DNA from: an uncultured delta proteobacterium
GTDB taxonomy: Bacteria; Desulfobacterota; Binatia; UBA9968
NCBI GenBank assembly: GCA_963745035.1
Contig: CAVUVW010000026.1
Coordinates: 96,001-160,000 of the forward strand
Length of the DNA stretch: 64,000 bases
Direction: 5' to 3'
Shown: positions 53,310 to 63,658 of the stretch, in pieces
Position numbering within the stretch: position 1 is the stretch's first letter
How the letters are laid out: every line of letters starts with the position of its first letter
The notes under the pieces: generated by a model
Told to the model about the DNA's origin: nothing
What the model saw: the letters and a program-made list of their open reading frames with translations, nothing else
The model's database searches: none
Made by a program: the position numbers and the translations under genes

Positions 53310-54353
53310 ATGCGATTCAATCCATGCGGGCGTTGGCAGACAATCGGTATCTTGTCCGTTGTTTCGATTTTTTTAGCTGCAACGGTCGAGGCTCAATCCC
53401 AACCGCGCACTCTCACGGTCGCTTCCAATCCACCGGGTACTGTTTTCTACGCGCTGGCCAGCGGGCTCGCTAAATTTGCCAGCGAAGGCGCGCCGTTCCA
53501 ACTGGTCGTCCAGCCCTACTCAGGCACGAGCACGTTCTTACCATTGCTCAACACCGGTGAGATCGACTTCGGCGTCAACAATGCCGTCGATATGGCGCTG
53601 TCGTATCAGGGACCCGAACGGCTCAAGATCGGCGGCCGCAATCCTTTCCAGCACACGCCGAATGTCCGCTTGATCATGCGCGGCTCAGTGCTGATGACCG
53701 CGCTCCTCGTCCGCAAAGATGCGCCGATCAAAACCATCCACGACATCCGCGGCAAGAGGTTGACCGGAGAGTACCCGGCGCAACTCGCCAATTGGTACAA
53801 TCTCTTCGGATTTCTTACGGGCGCCGGCATGAAATGGGAAGACGTAAAGATCGTGCCGGTGCCCGCGGTCAACGAAGGCATCGACGCGCTGGTTCAAGGC
53901 CGCGCCGACGTAAGCTTGTCGGCAATCGATTCGGCGAAGGTGAAGGAGGCGGATGCCGCAGTCGGCGTCCGCCACATCTCCTTGGACTGTTCCGCGGAAG
54001 GGGAGAAGCGGCTTCGGAAGGCGGTGCCGGGCTATTATCCGCATTGGCTCAAGCGCGGGCATGCCACGGCGATCGTGGAGGATACCTGCGTCAACGCGTA
54101 CGATATCTATCTGACGAGCCATAAAGGGGCGGCGGACCGGGTGGTGGAGACCGTTCTCAAGAACATTTGGGACAATACCGACAAGCTGCTGCCGCTTCAT
54201 CCCAATTTCAAGGACTGGACCCGGCAGCGGGCGGTCGACCCCGACGTGACGATTCCCTTTCATCCGGCGGCGATCCAATTTTTCAAAGCGCGCAGCCTTT
54301 GGTCGGCCCCGATCGATGAGAATCACCGAAGGCTTCTCGCCTTGAGTTCATGA
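53310..54353 (+). CDS. TAXI-family TRAP solute receptor
   Basis: NPPGTVFY, GEIDFG, IPFHPAA. Confidence 0.85.
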   Translation: MRFNPCGRWQTIGILSVVSIFLAATVEAQSQPRTLTVASNPPGTVFYALASGLAKFASEGAPFQLVVQPYSGTSTFLPLLNTGEIDFGVNNAVDMALSYQGPERLKIGGRNPFQHTPNVRLIMRGSVLMTALLVRKDAPIKTIHDIRGKRLTGEYPAQLANWYNLFGFLTGAGMKWEDVKIVPVPAVNEGIDALVQGRADVSLSAIDSAKVKEADAAVGVRHISLDCSAEGEKRLRKAVPGYYPHWLKRGHATAIVEDTCVNAYDIYLTSHKGAADRVVETVLKNIWDNTDKLLPLHPNFKDWTRQRAVDPDVTIPFHPAAIQFFKARSLWSAPIDENHRRLLALSS

Positions 54354-54371
54354 GCGCACAGATCGAGGTTC

Positions 54372-54863
54372 GTGGGAAACAAGGAAAATAATTTCGGTGA
54401 ACCGAGCACGCAAAACCGGTATCTCGCAGCACATGTGGCTCGGTTATTGAGCAGTTTTCGGCATTGGGTCGGAAAAGATCTCATCGCGCCCGGTCCGTCA
54501 GCGGAGATCTAGGCGCGGGAGTTGTTTTACGCACCTTTTGCGGTTCTGTCGCACGATACCGCGGCGGAGCCGATTTTGAATTATGCGAATCAGACCGCCT
54601 TGCGGCTGTTCGATCTCACTTGGGATGAGCTGATCGCCATGCCGTCGCGTTTGACCGCTCAGGCTCCGGCGCAAGCCGAAAGAGCGCGACTGCTGGCGCG
54701 GGTGTCCGAGCGGGGATTCATCGACGATTATCGCGGCGTGCGAATCACGAAGAGCGGCCGCAGGTTTTTAATCGAGCGGGCAACCGTATGGAATGTGCTG
54801 CATGAAAACGGCACGCGGTACGGCCAGGCGGCAACCTTCAGCGAGTGGCGGTTTCTCCCGTAG
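54372..54863 (+). pseudogene. MEKHLA-domain protein with in-frame TAG at 54510-54512
   Basis: LLSSFRHW.G..L...LFYAPFAVLSH, YAN..AL.LF, PSRLTA, RF.IE.A.VWN, GQAATF. Confidence 0.8.
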
Positions 54864-55329
54864 GGCGTTCGCCGCCGCGGATCGAGGAACGCTTCTTGTA
54901 CATGCGCACGGCGTGATCGCGGATCTCCGCGACAGGGATTTCCAATTCGCGGCGCAAACGCTCGCGGCTGCGATATTCGATCGTGATCGTTTCGTTAAGC
55001 GAAGGAAACGAGGAGTTGCAGACGCGCAACAATTGCCCTTCTTCTTCGTCGATGCGGCGGCCGATCGCCCGCAACGTCTCCGGCAGCCCGTCAAAGCTGA
55101 CCAGAGCTAAGGAGTGGCTGGGCCGCGCCTTGAATTGATCGTTCAGCGCCTTGATCTGCGCCAGGGAATAGTTGAGCGCGACCAAGTCCAAATACGGTGG
55201 CGTGGGTCCGCCGCACAGAACGGAAATCGCGTCGTCGGACTATTGCAGGTCAAACAAGTCGAGTCGCTGCTGCTCGAGCAGTTGCCCGACGACGCGCAAT
55301 GAATTGGATAGCGGATAGCGCGCAATCAT
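54838..55329 (-). pseudogene. Hypothetical two-repeat protein with in-frame TAG at 55240-55242
   Basis: MIARYPLSNSLRVVGQLLEQQRLDLFDLQ*SDD... in frame with ORF 54838-55191 (LRAIGRRID). Confidence 0.6.
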
Positions 55330-55509
55330 CGGCGTCTCTCTATCTCAAACCGCGCCGCGCTGGCCTTCCACTTGCGCCAAGTGGAAAATAGCGACTTGAA
55401 GCTCCTTAAACGCCTCTCGATTGTTGCCCGGGGGGTGGGATTAGGATTAGTTTCCACGGCATGGGTCGCAGCTTTGATTCTGCGGCTATTGAAGGGCTGA
55501 TCGGCGCGC

Positions 55510-56445
55510 ATGAACGCGCGTGGACATTTTTTGCGGCTGAGTCGCTGGCGCGGCTCGCAGAACATGAGGAATACTCTATTGTACGCGCTCATGCGCGCCG
55601 GCGCGTTTGCTCTGGAACGGTTGCCGCTGCGCGGCGTCGTTCGCCTGGTCGGCTGTTTGGCGCCGTTTATTTTTCGTCGTACAGCGCGCCGTGCCGAAGA
55701 GCATCTGGGCGAAACTTTGCCGCATCTGGATGCGCGTAAAACCACCCGGCGCATGTTCGTCCACTTCGCGGAGTCGATCTGGGAGTTATGCCAACTGCGC
55801 CGCTGGGTGCCGGAGCTCGAGCCTGCCGCACGCCGTGTTTTGGACGAAGCGTTGGCGGAAGGCAAGGGAGCGATCGTCATTTCCGGGCACGTCGGCAACT
55901 GGGAGATCCTTGGCCAGACGATTGCCGGCGCCGGCTATCCTCTGACAACCATCGCTACGCCCTTTTACGATCCCCGCATGACCAAATGGATGAACGAATG
56001 GCGCACCCAGCGGGGGCTAAAGATCCTCTGGCGCGAGGGCAACAGCGGCAAGGCGATCTTACGGGTCCTGCGGCAAAACCACTTGATGGCGTTTCTCATC
56101 GATCAGGACACCAAGACCGCAGGCGACTACGTGCCGTTCTTCGAGCGGCCGGCTTTTACGCCGACCACCCCGGCGGCGTTGGCGCTTCGCACCGGCGCGC
56201 CGGTGATATTTTGCTGGCACCATCGCCGCGGCAAACGCCACCAGATCACCATCGAGCGGCTCACCTACGAACGCAGCGGCGACCACCAGCGCGATGTCCT
56301 AGCGCTCACCGCAATGCTTACGGCACGCCTGGAAAACGTTATTCGCGCCGCTCCCGAACAGTGGGTTTGGATGCACCGCCGCTGGCGCACGCGGCGGGAA
56401 TCCACATTCGGTTCCCCGGCCCGAGAGCCGATCATTGGACCATAG
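55510..56445 (+). CDS. Lipid A / lysophospholipid acyltransferase (LpxL/HtrB family)
   Basis: GHVGNWE, LIDQD, VPFF, PEQWVWMHRRW. Confidence 0.9.
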   Translation: MNARGHFLRLSRWRGSQNMRNTLLYALMRAGAFALERLPLRGVVRLVGCLAPFIFRRTARRAEEHLGETLPHLDARKTTRRMFVHFAESIWELCQLRRWVPELEPAARRVLDEALAEGKGAIVISGHVGNWEILGQTIAGAGYPLTTIATPFYDPRMTKWMNEWRTQRGLKILWREGNSGKAILRVLRQNHLMAFLIDQDTKTAGDYVPFFERPAFTPTTPAALALRTGAPVIFCWHHRRGKRHQITIERLTYERSGDHQRDVLALTAMLTARLENVIRAAPEQWVWMHRRWRTRRESTFGSPAREPIIGP

Positions 56446-56586
56446 CCGTGCCGCGATTAGATGCCGCCGGTCCGCCGCTGCGTCGTCCTGTCGTTTTATC
56501 GCGGGTTGTCGAGAGCTTGGCGCGGTTGAACGGAAAGGTCTACCCGCTTACAATGAAGCCCGATTTAGCGCCGCAAAGGACATCTA

Positions 56587-57099
56587 TTGCCGCACGCCAA
56601 ATCCCTACGTGCCATCGGGCAATCACTGGAATCTCTCGGCGTGATCGCGTTCGTCATGGAGAAAAGCGGGCGTACGTATATCGTCCGCAGCGACTCTCTT
56701 CCCGACGTTTCACAGCTCGACCTCAAAAAGGATCTTACCGAGAAGGTCTGGGATGCCGTTGGCGCGGGCTCCCGGCACACGCGCCTGCTCGATACGGAAG
56801 GATCGTTGCGCTACGACCCGCCTTACGTTTCTTGGCTGGACGCGCAAGGCCGAAAAAAGCGCCGGCGGCGCCTCTCAGCTCAGGCCACCGGCACGATGAA
56901 GGTCTCCCAGCTCTTGCGCACGGTGGGAAAACATCTCGACAGATTCGAGCCCCATGCGTTCAGCATTCAGTGGACGAGTGAAAAAGTGGTGGTCGATTAC
57001 GAGCTGCCGGACGGACAGATCGCGCGTGAAATTTTATCCGTGGACAAGTTGCGCGAGCTCACCGTGCGCTCGCGGTTTCGACGGGCACGGCGCCGCTAA
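56587..57099 (+). CDS. Hypothetical two-repeat protein
   Basis: LRAIGQSLE and LRTVGKHLD repeats; similar to 54838-55329. Confidence 0.7.
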   Translation: MPHAKSLRAIGQSLESLGVIAFVMEKSGRTYIVRSDSLPDVSQLDLKKDLTEKVWDAVGAGSRHTRLLDTEGSLRYDPPYVSWLDAQGRKKRRRRLSAQATGTMKVSQLLRTVGKHLDRFEPHAFSIQWTSEKVVVDYELPDGQIAREILSVDKLRELTVRSRFRRARRR

Positions 57100-57199
57100 G
57101 CGACAAGCAAAGCGCTTCTTTCCCGTCTCGATCTTCTGCGGCCCCCGCCGCAGTGCCGGCGCCTGCGCGTTGTGGCTTAAACCGGTGTGGTGATACATT

Positions 57200-57739
57200 A
57201 TGGATGTTCACGTGATTGCCCAGAGAAATTCTTATTTGATCGTGATGCTCGCCGCGACCGTGCTGCTTTCGGCCTGCGCGCACAAATTGACCATGCATGC
57301 GCGGGACGGGGAGAAGCTCGACGGCAGGTGGCGCTTTGCCCGCGAAGGGAGCGCTCTCATGCAGGTCTTTGGCTCCGACGGCGAGGTCCTGGTCGGTATG
57401 CTCACGCCGGTCGCGCGCCGCGCGTTCTTTGAAAGCTATCAATCCGTATTCGGCCGGGGAGCGATCGCGGCCGAGACTCCGGATCTATCCGCATACGGCC
57501 ACGGGTTTTGGATGTTGCCGGGAACTTCCAATGCGCTGACGGATGTGGTTTACGGTGACAGCTTCGACGCGGTGGGCGGGCAAACGGTGGTCGGCCCGCT
57601 GTTCTATTGGACGGCAAATCTGCAAGGCGACCGGCGGACTCTCATGCATTGCTTTCTCATCGGTTCGGCGCACAGCGCCCGCGGTCTCGGCAGATGCAAA
57701 GGCGCAACGGGCAAGGAATATACCGTTCAATTTTTTTAA
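57200..57739 (+). CDS. Hypothetical lipoprotein
   Basis: Lipobox LSAC; C-terminal C..G.G.C. Confidence 0.7.
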   Translation: MDVHVIAQRNSYLIVMLAATVLLSACAHKLTMHARDGEKLDGRWRFAREGSALMQVFGSDGEVLVGMLTPVARRAFFESYQSVFGRGAIAAETPDLSAYGHGFWMLPGTSNALTDVVYGDSFDAVGGQTVVGPLFYWTANLQGDRRTLMHCFLIGSAHSARGLGRCKGATGKEYTVQFF

Positions 57740-57746
57740 TGTCGAC

Positions 57747-58283
57747 TCAGATGATACGCCGCCATTCCTTCGTTGTCAGCGGTAGCCGCGATATCTTTAC
57801 CTTGAACGCCTCCGAGTGCAGCGCCGTTTCCCGCGGACGTCGTATCTTGAGTTTGATTTGCGCCCACGAGCGATGGCCCCGCTTGCGCAATTGCAGGAGC
57901 GCGGCATAACTCTGTTGCAACGATTGCTCGCTCTCCTTGTGCCCCGATTCTCCCATCAGCGATTTGAATTGGTCGAAGGTCAGAGTTCGCCCGGAGGGTC
58001 TCGAGGATTTGGCGAGCCGCGGAAAGCGGTCGTTCTCGCTCCCACGCGCTGAAAAGATCGGCGGCGTCTTCACCCGTTTGTCTATCCAGGCCTGCGCCGC
58101 GCTTAACGCCCATGCCACCGCCTCGGCTTCCGTGACGGCGCGTTTGGGAAATCGGACAAACGCCGACTCGCGCTCCGAGCCGGCTACCCAGGTGATGTTT
58201 GCCTGGGATGCCCATAAACCGGACGCCGTATCGAAACTGGGGAACGCCATGATCGCGTGATCGCGATAGGATCGGCACCACAT
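57747..58283 (-). CDS. Hypothetical protein
   Basis: 178-aa ORF with AGGAG upstream; basic C-terminal half. Confidence 0.6.
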   Translation of the reverse strand: MWCRSYRDHAIMAFPSFDTASGLWASQANITWVAGSERESAFVRFPKRAVTEAEAVAWALSAAQAWIDKRVKTPPIFSARGSENDRFPRLAKSSRPSGRTLTFDQFKSLMGESGHKESEQSLQQSYAALLQLRKRGHRSWAQIKLKIRRPRETALHSEAFKVKISRLPLTTKEWRRII

Positions 58284-58420
58284 AGACTTGACTCCTCTCA
58301 GTGGAGCGGCACGCGCGAAGAGCTAAATCAGCCGTTGTGTGCGAAAACCCGAGAAATCTTCCACCTGGGGCGATTGTGATCGCTTCCAAAGGCGAAAACA
58401 AGGGGTTTGAAAAGGAGGGG

Positions 58421-58452
58421 AGTCCTCGCGCCAGCCAAGCCGGCGCGAGGAC
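58421..58452 (-). terminator. Terminator-like hairpin
   Basis: AGTCCTCGCGCC..GGCGCGAGGACT downstream of 58495-58872. Confidence 0.55.
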
Positions 58453-58494
58453 TTCACTGAAGATGCTTATCGGAATGCGGCTATCTTCCTGAAG

Positions 58495-58872
58495 CTAGCG
58501 CCACCATCCTCCATTCCGATCCCACCAGCCGCGCCGGTAAGAGCCCCGGTTGTAGTCGCCGTAATAGTCGTTGTTACTTCTCCGCCAGCGGTCACGGTCG
58601 TTCCAATCGCGCCGATGCTGCGCCAGCTCACGCCGCTCTCGCTGTATCGCCTCACGATCGCTGCGGAGCTCCTCACGGCTCGCGCCATTGCGCCGATCGC
58701 GACGGTACTCTTGTCGCGCTTCACGCAAATCGCTTCGATCTTCCCGATATTCGCGATATGCGCGGCGATCATTTCGGTCCCATCGGTCCGCCAGCGCCGG
58801 GGTCGCCGGAACCAAAAGACCGAGGCCCATGAGGAGCACCGCTCCGGAAATCCATTGTTTTGTCTTCGTCAT
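58495..58872 (-). CDS. Secreted Arg/Asp-rich low-complexity protein
   Basis: Signal peptide ending ALA, helical R/E/D repeats, two GWW motifs; GGAAGGAG RBS. Confidence 0.75.
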   Translation of the reverse strand: MTKTKQWISGAVLLMGLGLLVPATPALADRWDRNDRRAYREYREDRSDLREARQEYRRDRRNGASREELRSDREAIQRERRELAQHRRDWNDRDRWRRSNNDYYGDYNRGSYRRGWWDRNGGWWR

Positions 58873-59100
58873 GAGAATCCTCCTTCCATGTGCTTCGACG
58901 GTTAGCCAGCCAAAAGGTTACAAGAAAACTTGGCGGCTCTACCGCGACTCACTACTTGTACTTGTGCCGGAAAGGCGCGCCGATTCTCCAGTTGTATGCT
59001 TTCTCCTCGCTCGCGTCAGAAATATTCCTCCAGCGACTTCCGAAGCGCTACCGCGCTATCGTATGTCGGCGAAACAGTAAACGAAATCAAACACGCTTTC

Positions 59101-59115
59101 TGGCATAAGGCTTGC
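59101..59115 (+). promoter_or_regulatory. Sigma-54 promoter
   Basis: TGGCATAAGGCTTGC upstream of the HtrA gene. Confidence 0.55.
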
Positions 59116-59213
59116 GCGTCTAAATAACCGATCGCGTATCCCTACCGCCGTGCGAACGCTAGAGTTTGTACTGGTGGTTTTTTACTTTCTCGCCGGAAAG
59201 GAAAAATCCTAAC

Positions 59214-60350
59214 ATGCACCAGCTCCGAGATCGACTGATTGTCAGTTGCTTTTGTATTGTCGTTTCCGCCTGCGCCCACAGCGACGCGGACGTGAGCGGC
59301 AAGGGCGCCGTGTTGTCCGGCGGTGGGTCGACAAAAGGGCCGGATTTCGTTTCGCTGGCGAAAGGATTACAGCCCGCGGTGGTCAATGTCTCAGCGATGT
59401 TGTCGCCGGCCGAGAAGGGTGCGCCGAATCCGCAGCGGCCAGGCCCTCCGGAAGAAAACCTATTCGGCCTTCCATCGCCGGAGAATCCGGCGGAGCGAAG
59501 CCAGGGCTCGGGCTTCATCATCGCCGCCGACGGCTTGATCTTAACCAACGCTCACGTGGTCGAAGGCGCAAAAAAGATCATCGTCCGCTTGGTTGATAAA
59601 AGCGAGTTTGAAGCCAACGTGGTGGGGAAAGATCCGCATATCGACGTTGCGGTGATCAAGATTGCCGCCAAAGAGCGGCTGCCGATATTGACGTTGGGAG
59701 ACTCGGATAACTTGCAAGTGGGTGAGTGGGTGATGGCGGTCGGTAATCCGTTCGGCCTTGATAGCAGCGTGAGCTCGGGGATCGTCAGCGGCAAGGGACG
59801 CCACCTCGGTCAGGCTTACGATCGTCTAATCCAAACCGACGCTAGTCTCAATCCTGGAAGCTCGGGCGGACCGTTGGTGAATCTCAACGGGCAAGTCGTC
59901 GGCGTCAGCAAAGCGATCGTAAGTCAGGGCGGCGGCAATATCGGCATCAGCTTTGCCACCCCCATCAATTTGATCAAAGAGATTCTGCCGCAGCTTCGCG
60001 CCGACGGCAAAGTGACGCGCGGCTGGGCCGGTTTGGCGATTCAGGAAATCACGCCGGGCCTGGCCGATTCACTGGGGATGACGAAGCCCGACGGCGCGCT
60101 CGTGGCCGGCGTCGTTCACGGCGGACCCGCGGAACGCGGCGGCATAAAAGTGGGCGACGTGATCGTCGAGTTCGACGGCAAAAAAGTCGTCGACGCGATG
60201 GACTTGCCACTGTGGATCGCGCGCACGCCGATCGATAAGAGCGTCTCCATCAAAGTCCAAAGAGAGCGGCAGGAAATGCAACTGAATTTGATTGTGAGCT
60301 CGATGCCGGAAGCTCCGACGCGAGGAGCGCGCGGCAATCAGATCGGCTAA
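59214..60350 (+). CDS. HtrA/DegP-type serine protease, single PDZ, probable lipoprotein
   Basis: VSAC lipobox, GSGFII, TNAHV, DVAV, NPGSSGGPL, PDZ domain. Confidence 0.9.
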   Translation: MHQLRDRLIVSCFCIVVSACAHSDADVSGKGAVLSGGGSTKGPDFVSLAKGLQPAVVNVSAMLSPAEKGAPNPQRPGPPEENLFGLPSPENPAERSQGSGFIIAADGLILTNAHVVEGAKKIIVRLVDKSEFEANVVGKDPHIDVAVIKIAAKERLPILTLGDSDNLQVGEWVMAVGNPFGLDSSVSSGIVSGKGRHLGQAYDRLIQTDASLNPGSSGGPLVNLNGQVVGVSKAIVSQGGGNIGISFATPINLIKEILPQLRADGKVTRGWAGLAIQEITPGLADSLGMTKPDGALVAGVVHGGPAERGGIKVGDVIVEFDGKKVVDAMDLPLWIARTPIDKSVSIKVQRERQEMQLNLIVSSMPEAPTRGARGNQIG

Positions 60351-60659
60351 GCCCAAGCTGAAAGATCATCGAAGAAGCGCGTCTCAATCCCGTGCAGGTA
60401 TTTCCGGCGGCGAGTTCGTCGCGGCGAAAAAAATGCCGGATTGTGCCTGCGTATGGCTTGCTCGTCACGCTGCTGGCCCTGCGAAACTCACCATGATACA
60501 CGTAAACTGAAGCAGCATGGCGCCCGGTGGCAACGCCGTTCGCGATGGTCCTGGGATTAAACCAGCGCTACGGTTGCGACCATGACTCCGGCCGTGGCCA
60601 TGCTCTCGTAAGTTCTTTTTCTCCACCTAATGAATCGTCCGCCCGCTCGTTAGCCGCGC

Positions 60660-62552
60660 ATGCCGCTCCTTCGCCTGGACAATGTCTCACTGGCCTACGG
60701 CCACGTTCCTCTGCTCGCGGGTGTTGATTTTCAAGTAGACGCCGGTGAGCGGGTCTGTCTGGTCGGCCGAAACGGCGCTGGCAAGAGCACGCTGTTTCGG
60801 GTGATCGCGCGCGCGGCGGCGCCGGATGAAGGTGAGATCTGGCGCGCGGATACGCTCCGCATCGCGCACCTCGAGCAAGAAGTTCCGCCCGACACCGATC
60901 AGACAATATTCGAGGTCGTCGCCGGCGGCCTGGGAGAGCTTGGCGCGCTTCTCGGCCAGTACCATCAAGTCAGCCGGCAAGCCGGCGAGCGCGGCGCTTT
61001 GCAGCGGCTAGCCGAGCTACAGTCGCGCATCGAGGGCCGCGGCGGCTGGAATATCAGCCGGAAAGTCGAAGTCGTCCTCACTCGATTGAGCCTGCCCGAG
61101 GATAAGCCGCTCGCGGACTGTTCGGGCGGTACTCGGCGCCAGGTGATGCTAGCACGCTCTTTGGTTAGCGAGCCGGATCTGTTGCTGCTCGACGAGCCGA
61201 CCAACCATCTCGATATCGACGCCATCACGTGGCTGGAAAAATATCTGGTCCATTTCAACGGCGCGATCATGTTTATCACCCACGATCGGACCTTGGTGCG
61301 CCGCCTGGCGACCCGCATCGTCGAGCTTGATCGAGGCAGACTCACGTCCTTTCCCGGTGACTTCGACGGCTACCTCGCAAAGAAGGACGAGCTTTTGGAA
61401 ATCGAAGAGCGGGCGAGCGCCAAATTTGACAAGAAGCTCGCCGAAGAGGAGGCGTGGATCCGCCGGGGAATCAAAGCGCGACGCACGCGCAACGAAGGGC
61501 GGGTACGCGCGCTCCAGGCGTTGCGACGGGAAAAAGCGCTGCGCCTGGAGGCCCAGGGAAAGGCCCGCTTCGCCATCGATGCGGGCGCAATGTCCGGCAA
61601 GCTGGTCGCCGACGTGCGCCGGGTGAATTTTCGCTACGGCGAAACCACGATCATTCGTGATCTCTCGACGCGCATCCTGCGCGGCGACCGCATCGGCATT
61701 ATCGGTCCCAACGGTTCGGGAAAAAGTACCTTGCTGAAGCTCATTCTCGGCGAGCTCGCGCCGTCGAGCGGCGAGGTTGTCCTGGGCACCCGTCTTCAGG
61801 TCGCCTACTTCGATCAACACCGTCGCATGCTCGATACCGGGAAAACCGTGCGTGAGAACATGAGCGACTCCGATTACGTGACGGTTCGCGGCCGTTCGCG
61901 CCACGTCATCGGATACTTAAAAGACTTTCTGTTTCCTGCTCAACGCATCGATTCGCCGGTCAACGCTCTCTCCGGCGGCGAGCGCAATCGCTTGCTGCTG
62001 GCCAAGATCTTTACCCAGTCGGCAAACATGATGGTGCTCGACGAGCCGACCAACGATCTGGATGTGGACACGCTGGAGCTTTTGGAGGAGCTCTTGGCGG
62101 AGTACGAGGGAACCTTGTTACTCGTAAGCCACGACCGAACCTTTCTCGACAACGTCGTCACCAGCACTTTGGTGTTCGAGGGCGACGGCAATTTCAGGGA
62201 ATACGCCGGCGGTTATGACGACTGGGAAAGGTACCAGCGGCAAATTCCCGAAGCGCCGGCGACGCCGGTGAAGCGCGCCGTTCCGGCGAGCCAAACTGCA
62301 CCCGACGCAAGGCGCGAGGATCGGCCGCGCAAGCTCAGCTACAAGGAGCAGCGCGAGTTGGAAACCCTTCCCGCGAAAATCGAAGCTTTGGAGGCCGAGC
62401 AGTCCGGTCTGCACGCGCGCATGGCGGAGGGCGACTTTTATCGCCAGCGCGGCGAAGCCATCAGCGCGACGATCGAGCGCTTGCAGTCGATCAAGAGCGA
62501 GCTCGAGGCGAGCTACGAGCGCTGGCAGGAGTTGGAATCGCGCGGTCCGTAA
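60660..62552 (+). CDS. uup: ABC-F ATPase Uup
   Basis: Two ABC domains, GIKARRTRNEGRVRAL, C-terminal KLSYKEQREL. Confidence 0.93.
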   Translation: MPLLRLDNVSLAYGHVPLLAGVDFQVDAGERVCLVGRNGAGKSTLFRVIARAAAPDEGEIWRADTLRIAHLEQEVPPDTDQTIFEVVAGGLGELGALLGQYHQVSRQAGERGALQRLAELQSRIEGRGGWNISRKVEVVLTRLSLPEDKPLADCSGGTRRQVMLARSLVSEPDLLLLDEPTNHLDIDAITWLEKYLVHFNGAIMFITHDRTLVRRLATRIVELDRGRLTSFPGDFDGYLAKKDELLEIEERASAKFDKKLAEEEAWIRRGIKARRTRNEGRVRALQALRREKALRLEAQGKARFAIDAGAMSGKLVADVRRVNFRYGETTIIRDLSTRILRGDRIGIIGPNGSGKSTLLKLILGELAPSSGEVVLGTRLQVAYFDQHRRMLDTGKTVRENMSDSDYVTVRGRSRHVIGYLKDFLFPAQRIDSPVNALSGGERNRLLLAKIFTQSANMMVLDEPTNDLDVDTLELLEELLAEYEGTLLLVSHDRTFLDNVVTSTLVFEGDGNFREYAGGYDDWERYQRQIPEAPATPVKRAVPASQTAPDARREDRPRKLSYKEQRELETLPAKIEALEAEQSGLHARMAEGDFYRQRGEAISATIERLQSIKSELEASYERWQELESRGP

Positions 62553-62687
62553 ATCGCCATAGAATCACCAAGCCTCACGATCTTGCCGCCCGCTACAGAA
62601 AGAACTGACTTCAGCGCCGCCGGACTGCGCGAATTTCCAGAACGCATCACTCATCGCTGCAACCGCGCGTGAAGGGGGCGCCCCGCG

Positions 62688-63416
62688 CTAATTCCTGATC
62701 GCGGGCCAATCCGCCAGCAGTCTGCCGTAACCCAGGACGGAAAAGGAGCAGCCGAGCTTCGACAGCAGATTCCAGAGCATCGCCGAATTGCTGGTGATCA
62801 CCGGAACCGACAGGGCATTTTCCAGCCGCTGCAGGATCGGCAGCGGGTCCATCGTCGCGCCCTGAAAATAAATCGCGTCCGTCCGAGGGTTGACCCTGAA
62901 AGTTTTCTCCACGAGGCTAAACAGCTCGTCACCGCTCAAATTCACGGCGGAGCCGGCCTTGCGGTTTTCGAAAGCCGGTCCGAGATAAACGGTAAAGTCC
63001 AGACTGTTCAGATGCGTCTTGATAACGGCATCCGAAGCCGCGTCGAACGGCGTCATAAGCAAAACAGACTTGGCTTGGAATATTTTGAGCGCGGCGACGG
63101 CGGAGGAGACCGCGCTCACTACCGGCAAGCCGACCGCGTCCGCAACTTTCCTTTCCAGTCCCGGATTGAACAAAGTCACAAACCCACCGGTGATCATCAA
63201 ACCGCGGACGGAATGCCGCTCGACAAAATTCTTTGCAAGTTCAACCACACGCTCGGTCTTGCCGGCTAGATCTTGATAGGATTCCCCGAGCAAGCCAAGG
63301 CCTTCGTGCGCAATCGAGACGCCTTCGGGCAAGATATTGTCGAGCGACTTAAAGTGAGGACGATTGGGCGTTGCCGGAGACAACACGCCGATGCGAACAG
63401 ATTGCGGGTGAGTCAT
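62688..63416 (-). CDS. Maleate isomerase / arylmalonate decarboxylase (Asp/Glu racemase fold) homolog lacking catalytic Cys
   Basis: RIGVLSP, LMTPF, LENALSVPVITSN.AMLW, GYGRLL. Confidence 0.8.
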   Translation of the reverse strand: MTHPQSVRIGVLSPATPNRPHFKSLDNILPEGVSIAHEGLGLLGESYQDLAGKTERVVELAKNFVERHSVRGLMITGGFVTLFNPGLERKVADAVGLPVVSAVSSAVAALKIFQAKSVLLMTPFDAASDAVIKTHLNSLDFTVYLGPAFENRKAGSAVNLSGDELFSLVEKTFRVNPRTDAIYFQGATMDPLPILQRLENALSVPVITSNSAMLWNLLSKLGCSFSVLGYGRLLADWPAIRN

Positions 63417-63486
63417 GACAAAACCTCCAAACGGGCTATAGCACGAAGCATGAATCTGCCGCCAACCGCAAGGGAAACACATCCGT

Positions 63487-63563
63487 TCACCACAGAGACA
63501 CGAAGGACACGAAGAAATTCGAATAGTCGCAACTCCGAGCTCGCGCTCTTCGTGACTTCGTGG
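63487..63563. repeat. CACCAC(A/G)GAG-type imperfect inverted repeat
   Basis: CACCACAGAGACACGAAGGACACGAAG ... CTTCGTGACTTCGTGGT. Confidence 0.5.
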
Positions 63564-63658
63564 TCAGGTGAAATCGTCCACCCGATCTCGCCGTGTGTTC
63601 TAGCTTGAACTGAGATATCCAATCCCGCATAGTCGGCCATATTGCACTGGAGGATCTC

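Noticed and set aside
55788-56981. 397-aa alternative-frame ORF
   Set aside because: Overlaps two better-supported genes; its Arg/Ala/Pro-rich composition is typical of an off-frame read
59850-59875. Inactive HtrA (GSSGG instead of GNSGG)
   Set aside because: The catalytic His, Asp and Ser are all present; only the residue before the Ser differs
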